A stretch of 64,000 bases of DNA from the NCBI RefSeq assembly GCF_964355755.1, contig NC_092674.1, positions 20,584,001 to 20,648,000 on the forward strand, written 5' to 3'. The translations under genes were made by a program, and so were the position numbers. Below, piece after piece: positions 38,201 through 51,400 of this stretch; position 1 is the first letter of the stretch, and each line of letters begins with the position of its first letter. The stretch comes from Antedon mediterranea. Lineage: Eukaryota > Animalia > Echinodermata. A model generated the notes under the pieces. The model searched no databases. It saw only the letters and a list, made by a program, of their open reading frames with translations, and was not told the DNA's origin.

Positions 38201-41069
38201 TTAAGGACAGACTTACGCAAACCAGTTTTCTTTGCTTAAATATTTGTTTTTGTAGTAATAATATTTAAATATGTATTTTATTTTTAATTTTAGAAAGAGC
38301 ATCTTACAATCGACGTGCCATACCAGGCCGTGGCCGAAGGTTCACAATGCAACCGAAATGTTTCGAACTTCATGCTGAAGTTTTTTCCAGATCCAAATAA
38401 TTTTGTCCAGCACTGGGAATTTTCAATCGCCTTTGCAAAAGATGATTTGCAATATAGGATTAAAAACTCAACAGTACAATACGTTATTGACGATAACTTT
38501 CCAATAACTGCCTTACACGGAGGTTGGTTTTTGACATTAGATTATTATTTAAGTTTAAGTACATGTAACCTGTAAGTTGTCACCATCATTTATCTTCTTC
38601 AGCATCACCGCTTTAATCATCTTTAGCATCACCATCATTCATCTTGTTCAGCATCACCTGCATTCATCTTTAGTATCAACATCTTTCATCTTTTTCAGCA
38701 TCACCATCACTTATTATTTTCAGTATCAACATCATTCATCATCTTCAGCATCACCATCATCTTCACCATTACCATCAATCATTATCTTCTATATCACCAT
38801 CATATTTCATCTTCAGCATCACCATCATGTTATTATCATCATCATCATTATTTATCATCTTAAGCATCACAATAAATTATCATCTTCAGCATCACCATCA
38901 TTCATTAATTTCAGAATCACTAGCATTCATCTTTAGTATCAACATCTTTCATCTTTTTCAGCATCACCATCACTTATTATTTTCAGTATCAATATCATTC
39001 ATCATCTTCAGCATCATCATCATCTTCACCATTATCATCAATCATTATCTTCTATATCACCATCATATTTCATCTTCAGTATCACCATCGTGTTATTATC
39101 ATCATCATCATCATTATTTATCAGCTTAAGAATCACAATAATTTATCATCTTCAGCATCACTATCATTCATTAATTTCAGCACAACCAGCATTCATTATC
39201 TTCAGCATCACCATCATGTTGTTATCTTCAGCAGCATCATCATTATTTATCATCTTAAGCATCACAATAAATTATCATCTTTAGCATCACCATCATTCAT
39301 TAATTTGAGCATCACCATCATTCATTATCTTCAGCTTCACCGTCATTCATCTTCTTCAGCATAACGAGCATTTATCATCTTCAACATTACCAGCATTCAT
39401 CATATTCAGCATCACCAACATTCATAATCTTCATTATCACCATCATTCATCATACTCAGAATCACCATCATTAATTCATTCATCATCTTCAGCATTAACA
39501 TCAATCGTTATCTTCTGTATCACCATTGTAGTGTTTACGTAGTCATCACTTATCATTATCATCATCATATTATTATCTTCAGATTGACCACCATTCGTTA
39601 TTTTCACCATCAACATCATTCGTTATTTTCAGCATCACAAGCATTCATCTTCTTCAGCATTATAAGCATTCATCTTCTTCAGTATCATTATCATTCAACA
39701 TCTTCAGCATTACCATCACCATATTACTTGTTTTTTTACACCAGGGCAATGGTACAAGCATACTAAAAGTACCTTTGGTACAGCAGCTAAAGTTGGAAGT
39801 TATTTTTCTTGTGATTCGGTGGAGTACCAGATGGATGGCCTTAAAGTCTCTTTATATTATGCCAAAATACAACCATTTGCTCATGATGTACCAGATAATG
39901 GATATGGAACAAGTAATTGTATTTATTTATTACATTCTTATATTAGGCCTATGTGTTTCGTAGACCCTACTTAAAACCCGTACTTCGTTAACTTTCTTAA
40001 TATTTTTCATGAAATATATCATTGGATTAACTGAGTGATTCGAGATCAATGCACAGTCCTGAGAACTTAGTCGTAAACGACGATATTTTCTATTTGTAGG
40101 ATTACCTATGTGTTCCCTAGTGGCTCAGTCGGTTAGCGCGCCGTACTTATAAACAGTACATGGCTTCGCCTTTACTGGTTAGGTAATGCGGAGGTCGAGA
40201 GTTCGATCCTCTCCTGGGGAATGTTTTTTGTTATTTTCGGTGTAAATAAGCAATTGTATTGTAAAATCAGACCCACACAAAACACGAGAAAACTATTATG
40301 AGAATGGCAGTCGTAGAACAGACGAATCTCACAAACAAATTATTATTAATCATATCTGCTGGTCTATTTATATATATATATTTTTACATATTATGTGTTC
40401 CGTAGACCTTACTTAAAAACCGTACTTTGTTAACTTTCTTAATATTTTTCATGAAATAAATCATTGGATAAAGAGTGATTCTAGATGCACAGTCCTGAGA
40501 ACTTAGTCGTAAACGACGATCTTGTCTATTTGTAGGCTAATTACCTATGTGTTCCCCAGTGGCTCAGCCGGTCAGCGCGCCGTACTTATAAACAGTACAT
40601 GGCTTCGCCTTTACTGGTTAGGTAATGCGGAGGTCGAGAGTTCGATCCTCTCCTGAGGAATATTTTTTGTTATTTTTTGCGGTGTAAATAAGCAATTGTA
40701 TTGTAAAATCAGACCCACACAAAACACGAGAAAACTATTATGTGAATGGCAGTCGTAGAAGAGACAACCTTCATAAACAATTAATAATTATTCTTATATT
40801 GATTTAATCAATACTTTAAACATTTCTGCAGTATAGTTTAATAATTCAATTTAGTCTATGTAATATTTACGACTATAACATTTGTTTATGTTTTAGGAGG
40901 GCCATGCTTGAAATACACTAAAAAGAATTTACCGTCCGATTCAGGTTCATCCACAGTAGCTGTTGTTGTGTCCATCTTACTAGTAACTATGGCCGTTGGC
41001 ATTGTTGTTGCCGTTTTATATAATCGAAAGAAAAAAAGCCACGGTGTTATAAGCTACCAACGAAACTAG
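35249..41069 (+). CDS. Single-LAMP-domain type I membrane glycoprotein (LAMP/CD68 family-like)
   Basis: Exons 35249-35297, 37448-37593, 38294-38522, 39745-39912, 40897-41069, phases consistent with no stops. Signal peptide, CIKITFGARLTIPY, GSQC, VGSYFSCD, KIQPF..GYG..PC, TM helix, basic tail ending SYQRN*. Confidence 0.8.
38575..39722. repeat. Degenerate (CAT)n / CATCTTCAGCATCAC low-complexity satellite in intron 3
   Basis: Dense CAT/CAC/TAT triplets, with a ~270-bp internal duplication (about 38660-38930 and 38925-39190). Confidence 0.9.
40114..40221 (+). tRNA. tRNA-Ile(TAT) with 34-nt intron, copy 1
   Basis: Acceptor TCCCTAG/CTGGGGA+A, anticodon arm CCGTA-CT-TAT-A^A-TGCGG with intron 40152-40185, T-loop GTTCGATCC, downstream T-run terminator. 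One D-stem mismatch. Confidence 0.8.
40553..40660 (+). tRNA. tRNA-Ile(TAT) with intron, copy 2 (possible pseudogene)
   Basis: Same structure within a ~440-bp tandem duplication. C:A mismatch in the acceptor stem (TCCCCAG/CTGAGGA) and D-loop changes. Confidence 0.7.
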
Positions 41070-42933
41070 AAAGAAGTATTGTTGATTGATCTTCCATGTC
41101 CGCGGTGATGTATCTGATACTTGGATACATAATTCGGTATCATTATACCACCAATCCTTTACTCATGCAGTGCGTGTAAAATTCGTGAATGGCGAAAACA
41201 AGCTACTGTTTTGTATGACATCAACAATTGTACTCGATAACTTCACTCATCATTGCTATTAAGAGGTTTGTCAGGAAAAAATGATCGAATTTTACTATTC
41301 GTCTGATCTGACCGTAGCGGTTTAAAATCATTGTACGATCAAGATATAATTTACCATTAACACTTTCGTGTGTAAAATAGGCCTATTGGTGTTGGACAAA
41401 ACGATGTAGGCCTAATGTTTTGTAAACAGCTTTAAGAGCTGGTATTAATTTTTTAATCAAAAATACCAATAGTTATTTCATAGTTTGTGGACCAAATAAA
41501 CCAGTGCGATAAGTTACTAAACCTTGAGCTATAAAATGATCGTAATGTTATTGAAATTTAACTTGGACACAGAGTTAGTACGACGTATGGAATGAGTTGA
41601 CCGGTGTAGACTACCGTATCTCACTGTTCAATGTTTATACTGCTATCCCGTAACAGTTGTGTGAACTTTTAACATACATGAAACATGTGCATTATTGTCT
41701 ACTATTAACAATACTTGAACATGTGTATAATGATTATGATCTACGATAGCAGGATAAATATAAACTTTATTTCCATTTCCGTACATTTTTGTTACCAATT
41801 TTTGTATATAGGAAAAATTAAGTAATATGTGGTGGTCTGGGCATTTAGATCTGAAGGCTACCATAAATGAAAGTTATGTAAGTGCAAAACAATTATTAAC
41901 AATTATTATTTTTAAAATAAAATTTCATAATTTAATGATTATACAAATTAATATGTACGTATTAACAATAAAAGAAATGTATAACGCTAAAGACACAATG
42001 TTAGAGTTTTAAATAAATTTGTATTTTCTCTAGGCCTATATTGTAAGATATTAAAACAACACATACAATGTTTATCATAATAATAATCGTTGGTTATGTT
42101 ATGATCGTCAGGTTATGCAATTATATCAGATTACTAAATAATATATAATTACATTTTGTATATATTAAATAATATATAAACAAAGTTTGTTTTGTTAAAT
42201 ACCTGAAATAGATTCGAAATTAATGTAAAGTAAGTCGGTATATATAATAGGCTTAATACTGTATCATGCACCTGTGTGCCTATGCTACAGGTATGTTAAT
42301 CATGTATCTAATGTATTGTGACTCGGAAAACGTATAGTGAGCGCGCCTATTCTTTATGAATATGTTGGGTGACAAGAACATTAATTACTACTGTGATAGA
42401 CTTGACTTCAGTTAAATCATTAGGTATAATAACAACAAAACATTTATGAAAATTGTTACTTTTGTTCGTTGGTTCTCCTTGTATAAATCAAAATGAAACA
42501 CCTTTAGGCCTAAGCTTATTTGAAATAACGTTTGATTGAGATCGTTTTATTCGTCGGGAATACGTAATTGTGATATTGTCTAGGGCATAGGCCTAAATGA
42601 CGAGATTGACTCATTAGAACATGACAGTGCTCATTTTATTATTTACCTTTGTGATTCAATGAAAGCAAAGATGGCCACTGTTTTACAGGGGTTAACTTAA
42701 TACATTTTAATCGTAGGTTTATTTTTTATATTTAATTAATGGTGGTGACAGACAAGAAATTGTTAATCTCAATGAATTTATGTAGAATAAAGTTGTTAGG
42801 TATAAGATAACCGGCTTCCGTATATGTCAAGGTTATGGTCGGTATACCTTTATTATTTAAAATTAATAAATTAATGTTTCCGCATCCAATATTCTGTTCA
42901 GTGAGAGTGAACACTTTCCTGTTTTATCGTAGG

Positions 42934-42935
<2 letters not shown>

Positions 42936-42994
<59 letters not shown>
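42936..42994. repeat. (TA)n microsatellite
   Basis: Perfect TA run. Confidence 0.98.
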
Positions 42995-42998
<4 letters not shown>

Positions 42999-43584
42999 AT
43001 TATTTAAATGTGACTGCTATTTATGTAGGCCTAGTGATTGATACTTGTAGTAGAGAATTGATATGTTTGTAAGAAAACGACACTTGGATATTATCATGAA
43101 GTTTATTATTATATAGCCTTTGTCCAATATTAAATAAGATCCGTTTTAGCAGAAAATAACAATTTAAATTGAGGGATCAAAGAGTAACCTGTTATTTTCT
43201 TTCACATAGTAAATTGTATTTACCACTTTGATTAAAAAACCTATAAATAAAGTGAGTTCATACATGAGTCTGTTAAAACGGGGCCAACCTCGCACCACGG
43301 TAGAATGTCTAACCCCTCTTCCTGATCTCGGAGAAATAAAAACAACGTTCTGTCAAGATGAAAAAGGTCCTTTTTATCATTCATTCATTTCATTGATTGA
43401 TTGGCAGACATATGTAAGTTTATTGTGACATTTTATTTACCGTTTACACCATTTGCATGTATTTTCACGCCATAAACAAAATGCTAATCAGTCGATGAAT
43501 TAGTTATAGTCTCACTATCAATTTTGATTTGTTTTCATTAATTTTTATTTCACCTTATTTATAGAAGGCCCTCTTAATGAGTTA

Positions 43585-43790
43585 TGATAATTGTCTGTGT
43601 ACACCGGGGTACTCGTTTCGAAAGATGGACTAGGTTCTTTAAAGTGCACATAAGCCAGATGTGTACACTGGACATACGGTTTATAGTCCTTACCCGAGAA
43701 CACTCGTTCCCAATAGAGCGAGAAGGGCATACAGTACAGACGATCACACAGCTGAAAACATAGGAACTTATGCCAAGACAAGACAAATTA
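43585..43790 (-). mobile_element. Deu/Nin-like SINE fragment
   Basis: Reverse complement reads GTAAGGACTATAAACCGTATGTCCAGTGTACACATCTGGCTTATGTGCACTTTAAAGAACC, matching 29150-29250. Confidence 0.7.
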
Positions 43791-43956
43791 ACCTGGACAA
43801 ACAGACCGACGAGATAGTAACATATAAACGCTTTCTTGCTTTAAACATTAGTCACTAACGGCGTTTCATAGTTGAGTTGGCCTTGGCTCGTAGCACAATA
43901 ACATTTGATATTCGACTTAAGGCTTTCATTCTTATCCGGTTTATTCAACGAACAAT

Positions 43957-46900
43957 ATGAACGTTAACAAGATAATTGTATTTATTGGTAAGTAAATTAT
44001 AGTAATAATTATACAATAATGTAACGCTATAGTCTATGATTATGACCTACGCAGTGTTATCAATGCTTAAAACCCCGAATACTAGGCCTACTGCTCGACG
44101 CATGAGGCGGACAGTAATAGGCCTGCTTACTACTTACTTACTACTTGCAACATTCTACTTTCCATGATCCAAACAGGATATTACCATTGGAGAATAATAC
44201 TAAAGTTTAACTGTTTTGTGTTCGTCTAGTCGTTAACTATCATGATCTGACAACTATTATTTTAAGTGGAATCCGGTATGATTTACCCAAACCCTACCCA
44301 TTCATTGGTCTGACATAGCCTATAATTATACGCCAATTTAGGTCAGTTTTCATTCATTACATGCTATACTTACGAACGAATTATTATCTTGCTGGTCGTT
44401 TCAAATACTATGCGTCATAAACTGAGCCTAAGTACAAGGTTGTGGTCAAACACACGAACACTATAGGCATATTTGAAACTACAAAGCGAGATTAGATAGG
44501 AATGAAAATATGCCATATGATGCTTGGCCTTGCTATAAACGGTCAATGGGATAAAATGAAATAACAAATGGAACATCGATTTCGTATAGAAAATAATTAT
44601 TCACAATAAATTGTATAAAAATGGACAATTCATGTTAACATAATGTGTATGGTGGTGATACTTTAATAACATTGTCCTTGCTGAAACGGAAAGCCTTAAA
44701 CTAGAAACGCAGAAAAGGGCTTGTTTTGATTTCGATTACGGTACACCATCATATAAGCCAAATATTCACATGGAACTTAAATGACTTTAATCCAGATAGT
44801 ATTCGGAACTGTAATTCGTGTTATGAAGTTGTCCATATTTATTTCCGAAACTTATATATGACTTACACCTATCATTATAGTCTATTTTTCCATTTTCTAA
44901 TTTACATAACATTTAATTTTAAAAATGTAGAACCGTATGGTAGCTTTAAATTTATTTTATGATTATTTTATTGTAGGAACAGTATTAATAATAATAATAA
45001 TAATACCACATTTATATAGCGCCCTTTTCATGAGTAATCATGCTCAAAGGCGCTTTACAAGCATTATTACCCCAGTATTTTTTTGGGATCAAACACGTAT
45101 TAACCATTTTTTGAGACGATAACAAAACAATCGCATTTCAGATAGTAAACTAACCTATGGAATTAATGAACACACCGTATGATCTGGTCTATTATAATAA
45201 TACATTTTGGTGGATATTAATTATTACAAGTCTACTGCTTTCAAACCCAGGAGAAAAAAAAATAAATAAAAGAAAATATCTCATTATCTTACATATTTTT
45301 TTAATAAATAATACACAGCCGTTTAATTTAATACGTTAGCCTGTACTTATTTAGCCACTTTATTACTAGGATATTGGTCATATCCTATACATGTATGGTA
45401 CTCTATACGGGTACATTAGGGAGTTTTCGCAACCTTACGAATACGATCACGAAAACAGAAACGTCACACATTTGTGAAACTTTTGAGCTGATCATAGCAT
45501 ATTCGTAAAGCGTATTCGTGTTGACGAATATCACCAGTCATATTCGTAACTACAAAACGAGTATAGTTTTTGATCTATTTTGCATTTGAATCAGGAATGA
45601 TTGAACATGATTATAATAATTTATAATTATACTTTTATTGAAATTAATTTACTAAAGTAATTTACTAAAATGCCAGGTCAATTTTGATAAATAGCAGTTT
45701 TTAAAGTCCTCACTCGCTTTGATGTTACGCTGGGCCTAGGCAGCCAAGCACCAAGCAACACGTAACTGCGCTTCGCTCAAATTTACCGCAGTAATATTTT
45801 GGACGACGCCCTCAATATTTCGTTGCCATGCGAAACAGATTTTTACTGGCTTACGAAAAACGAATACGTGTGCGTGACGTATCCGTTTTCGTTATCGTAT
45901 TCGTAAGATTGCAAAAACTCCCTTATGTCCAAGTCGAGATCCAACCGAAACAAGGAAGTTAATTATAAACATAAACTTGCAATTACCAAAAGTAGACTTG
46001 ACAATCCATTTAACAGAGGAAATAAATACCGAAATCACATTTTCCTACAAGTAGGCTATTTAATGTCATGATAGACGGTCGATAGATTTCTCCAAAAGCC
46101 TTTAGTGATACGTTCTTGTACATTATTGTACCAGGCTATCTAGTGCCTTTTCTGCCCTGCTCCTTGTTTTATTTGGGGAAGGCTGGGGAATCCTTTGAGT
46201 TTATAATGCGCTTTATAGAATGCGATAACGGATTAGATATACAGATTCCAGTGTCTCCTGTGTGTTCATTGTGTATTTCAGTCTACCACAAAAACGGTGT
46301 TTATTCGATGAGATGGATACGGTGTGGTACCGGTATCCCCACTCTTCCGAAATAAGCACTAGGTTCTTTAAATTGCACAATTCCAATGAGCAAATAGAAC
46401 ACCGGACACTAGGTTTAAGTACTTTTTTTTATAATTTGCCTCAAACGGGATGAAAATACCTTATCTTGTTTGTTTAACCTAAAATATTGTAGGTTTCCTG
46501 TTAGCTTTGGCATACGATGTTAACGGAGCTAACCCTACAGTTGATGACTGGTCGTTGAATACAGAGACGTGCAGATTCCGTATGAGGTTTGGGGCTCGCT
46601 TCACCATACCTTACACAAATAGTACTGGAGCGGTAAGTCCTATTTCATGCAGTGTTTAGAGACGTTTGATCTACAGTCAATGTATTGGTTCAGCACATAC
46701 ATCTCTGTACAACTCGCTATAAAATCTAGGTCCTATTGCTTCCCGTTTTTTTAAATGAAAAAATATTATTTTATTATGTTGGGGACCCCTTTGGAAACAA
46801 GCCTCTGGGCTTAAAGGACCATCCCCTGCTTTCCATGCTTATTTTCTTGTCTAGTCTTGTATTTTTATATTTAATGTTTCTCTTTTTATTTCATTTACAT

Positions 46901-48742
46901 TATAATGTTTTATTTATTTGTACTGTATTTGGAAAGCAATAAATATTACTTACTTACTAACACGCTCATTCACTTTACATTGGTTGTCGGGGCACCACTA
47001 AATGTACAATTTAGCGTTTAGTGCTGTCGGAGGGTAATGCACGCCTATGAACATTTACGTTGAGACTGTATTACAGTAGTAGTGGTAGAATAACATGCCT
47101 GTATTAACAGGAGTATCAGAACAGTTCATTTTTGTATTTAACACATGATCTATTACATCACAAGAAAAATGTTATATTTATTGACACTGTATCATAATGA
47201 CGACAGTACCAATAATACTGATACGACAATCAATATATGGATTATGACATTTAGTATCAATACGCATAGAACATTTATTTAGATGGTAATAGAAAACAGA
47301 CCCTTATTGTATAATGTTGTAAGAACGAGCTACAATTACGGATACATGCGTTTCATTTCATAGACAGATATTTAACACAAACTGTTTTTGATCACCAGGC
47401 AGTAACCACCGAACAAGATTTGCCGAAAGGGAGAAGCGCTGAAGGTGTGTGTACAGACACTCGTGTTGAATTCAATCTGAAATATTTTTTCAACTCTTTA
47501 GATGCAAACACGTACTACTGGGCCTATACGCTGGAGTTTGAGAAAATAAATAATGATGAATACTTTTTGAAAAAAGTTACAGTGCGATACATCATTGACA
47601 GTCGGTTTAAAAATCCTGCTGAAACTGAAGGTAATATTTATTTATACACGGAAGCCTTGTTTTAAAGAAGTGGTATAATAACCGGTTATATCGAGCGGTT
47701 AAGGCGAGGCAATAGTCTTATTGGATAAAGATCATCTGAATCGAGTGCACTATCAACTGACACAGTGCATTTTCCGGAGAGGATTACCCCGGTGTCCTTC
47801 TCAGCCCATTTCGTTTATAGTTGGCGCCGTACTATGGCTGCGGTGGGTCTGTGGAGGACCTAATCTTAATTTGCTCAATAAATAAATAAGGTTTACGAAA
47901 ATGCATGTATTAGTATACAAAATGGTTATGATGTTGTATGATAGGTATGCTGCTAATGAGCGGGTTGTCACTCCTAACGAACCTGGACAGAACACTCGAT
48001 CCTTGCTGCGTGTACAGTGAATGTATGCTAGTCCGTCGATCTCCTTCCGTCGTCAACCTCATCTCCATCGAATCATTCCATCTACTCTCTTAAATGCTTG
48101 TCAGTACGTTTGCCTTTGCTCTTCCATCATTTATGACGTTTCTCTTCAATTCTATTTTAATATGTAGGAACTGTTGTAATTGAGACGACACAAGATGTTC
48201 AGCCCAAGGCTAAGCTTGGAACACACTTGGCTGCCGATGAAGTTATGTTTTATGTTGGAACATCTCGAATAGGTGTACTCATGACGGATGTGCAACTACA
48301 GCCGTTTGAAAGTTCTGTAGAAGGTGGTGGATATGGGCCAGGTAAGACGTTTATGAAAGCCATGGTATATTATACCGCGAGGTAGCTTTTGCGTCTGGGA
48401 GATAATAATGGTCAAATGTTTTACCCCGTGGACATCCTATTTAGTAGTCATCGCTGACTTTAGTCAAACGAGTTGGATTCAGTAATGCATGTCATCTTTA
48501 GTGGAGGGTGCTGGTTGACTCTTGCCTTAGTAATGCACCCGGTGATAGACACTAACCAAAAGTAAAATACGGTACTGATGTCTATACTATACTTTTTATT
48601 TGTTTGGTTGTAATTAAATAATGTGTTTTTCGTTTCAGCAACGGAATTCGAATATGACCCGAATTCCTCTAATATGGTCTCACCATCTGGTTTGTTTTTA
48701 CTGACAAGCCTTTTACTGACTATTCTGACGTTACCGTACTAG
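43957..48742 (+). CDS. Single-LAMP-domain protein with predicted GPI-anchor C-terminus
   Basis: Exons 43957-43987, 46493-46632, 47399-47630, 48168-48341, 48639-48742, phases consistent. Signal peptide, CRFRMRFGARFTIPY, EGVC, DVQLQPF..GYG, ends NSSNMVSPSGLFLLTSLLLTILTLPY*. Confidence 0.78.
44985..45080 (-). mobile_element. 3' tail of an L2 LINE or L2-dependent SINE
   Basis: (ATA)n followed by TTTATATAGCGCC...GCTCAAAGGCGCTTTACA stem-loop. Confidence 0.55.
45419..45922. mobile_element. PIF/Harbinger-type MITE
   Basis: ~50-bp TIRs GGGAGTTTT(C/T)GCAA(C/T)CTTACGAATACGAT..., 3-bp TSD TTA on both sides. Confidence 0.85.
47685..47800 (+). mobile_element. Highly diverged Deu/Nin-like SINE remnant
   Basis: CGAGCGGTTAAGGC head, GGATAAAGA, GTGCACT and TTACCCCGGTGT motifs. 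Confidence 0.4.
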
Positions 48743-50399
48743 TTACGTAACTCATGCGCGTTGAGTTATACATGTGGTTATAATGAGAAACATACAAATT
48801 AATATTAAACGTACAGAAGTGACTTGTAAGAATAGCAAGATAGCTTACCAGCTAAACCATAGATAACTAAAACATAGCCTTTAAAAAATCTCAACTACAA
48901 ACAGAAAATGGACGCTCTTCCCCCACCAAAACAGATACAGCGCAGAACAAAAAACCAAGCCGTAGCCGATCATTATACAACTGCACAATTGAACCTCCGA
49001 AACCGTAATATTTAGTATTAATTTATAATTATGTAGCCAGTTTTCATTTTGTTATTATTGTATCGTCTAAAATGTATTTGTAGCGTTATAATGTCTGATA
49101 ATGAATGTAACTGACCTAAAACATCATTGCTAAGAATACAGTAAAGCAGTAGGCCTACTATAATGCATTGATGTCGAGGTATTGTAAGTTTATAACGGAA
49201 ATATAGCCTAGTTGATAACAAAAACATACCAACAATATAATTACTGAGGCTGTTAATACGCAAAATGTTTGGAGATTTATGTTTCATTACTGAAATAATT
49301 TATTGTTAAAAATGCTATGCATCTTGCTAATATAATATGTGGATTATTTATACGAAGTACCAGCAAATTGTATGGAAGAATTAAACTGCGTTGATGGTCG
49401 GATTCAAAGAAATAATGACGATATACCATAAACGCGTTAACAGTACGTATACTTAGATATACAGAATAATTACTGTTCGTAGTCTAGATTTTCATTTTTT
49501 TAAATAACAAATTAAATTACAATTTGTAATACTTATTTTACACTAAAAATAAATCGTTTTTATTGAGCAAATTAAATTGATATAATTATAGTATGGTATG
49601 TAGCTTTCCTTTTGTCAAACATGCATACAATTTTCGATAAGGTTATACTGTATAGCATATATTAATATACAAATATTATATGTTTATGAGTCCAAAAAAA
49701 ATGCAATAAAACACTATTTTGTTTTATGACACACCTACTGTCGATTGTGTCAACTGAGCAGTATTTGAATGAAAACACTAATAACTAACTAAAGAAATAA
49801 CGAATTTTCGAATAATGTAAAGGAAGAAGGGAGGATCATACAGAAAGATACAGGATCTTTAGCTAGGTCTGTTTGAGAAAAGGACAGTGACATTAACAAT
49901 TGAGAAGAGGATAATGACAGAGAACACATAACAAATCTGACAGACAATTATAACAAGAGCAAATTATGTTAGCATGTTGTTGATGACTTTCCATAACATT
50001 AAACTCTATTAGTAGAGCAGTTAACGCCATAAAAATAGCCAAGTTGTGCATTTTATTACCAAAGCATGACGCTTGCCACAAAGTTTCTTTGATGTATATA
50101 TATTCAAAATATCGGGTGCCAAGTGTACAACGTCCGGTATGGCGGCCATCTTGATTTCAAAATGACCACCATTAAAACAAAAAGTGTTCATATCTTGGAA
50201 ACTATAAACAGCAGAGACTTGGATTCTATGAAAGATAATTATTAATTGTAATTAACTAATAGACACCAATAATAATCACCAGAAGAGTAAGCAATAATTT
50301 CTACGCAGTGGAGCGAAGTGTTGTAGAATATAACGCAGTTATTCAGCATTCAGTCGTTTCTGTATTTCCACATCTCTGTCTGATTTAGATGAAAGGCAG

Positions 50400-51400
50400 C
50401 TACCATAGTACGTGAAACGTTATTCAAGGTCTGTCCATCGAATGTGATCATCCGGATCCAATCCAATTGAGTTTTTGATCGGGGTACCCGAGTCTAGGAC
50501 TCTCTCCTATCATCTCCTCTTCCATCCGACACTATTGAGTAAAAAGTGTGATTTATAAAGTACTACTACTCCCTTATTCGTTGTAGTATTGAGCTGGGAT
50601 TTGGCATGAATATACCAGGGAGTTGTATCCTGAATATACTACAGGGACATGTCCTCAAAGCTGTAGAGCCGGAGTTTTAAATTTCAAACCGGATGCAGCC
50701 ATATGACGTCTCGAAGATGGTACCGTGTAGCCAGTAACAACTCCCTGTATAGCCGTACTATTTGGTAGCGAGGTTATTGATGTGTATGTGACGTCACATC
50801 CCGTCTTATGACGTCATTACAGCTTTTGGTGTTGCCCTTTAGTCCAAATGTAGATCAGGTATATGGCGATGCATAATGGAAAGTATTCATTATCAGCTGT
50901 AAATCTTCGGTATTCGCAACAATGGAATTATCATCTGCATATTGCGGCTCTTTTACTGTTAAAATGATTGTGTTCGTTTTGGCGTTCAATTCTGTAACGG
51001 AGATCTATTCCAAGTTGTAGCCTCTGGTTGACAAGACGGAGTATACCGCTGATAAAAATATTGAGAAAAGGCTTTATGACTGATTGAGCCATACAGTATA
51101 CCTTCTTAGTGGCGGAAAATAATTTCTATTGGCAAGTCGTTGCAGCTCTTCTGCTTTATTCAGCCACCATTGAATCTCAATTTATATTTGGTTCTCTTAT
51201 GAGGATTACGCATTTCAAATTGACAAGTTATATAAGATCATTATATTGGGAATCTGCATCAGCATTAGCTATATTTCGTTCCATTTCTTGAAAGGATTTC
51301 CTCACAATTTGTCTTTAATCTTCAAGTACTCTCGCTGTTTGCTGAGTAAGGCAATGTTGTAGTGTTATCTGTTCTTTATTTTATATTTTTGATGTTTTGG
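50400..51400 (-). mobile_element. Highly degenerate RTE-like LINE RT fragment
   Basis: Minus-strand PQYADDNSIVANTEDLQLIMNTF preceded by GIDLRYR. Confidence 0.55.

Noticed and set aside
38577-39766. His/Ser/Ile-rich small ORFs
   Set aside because: Translations of an intronic CAT satellite.
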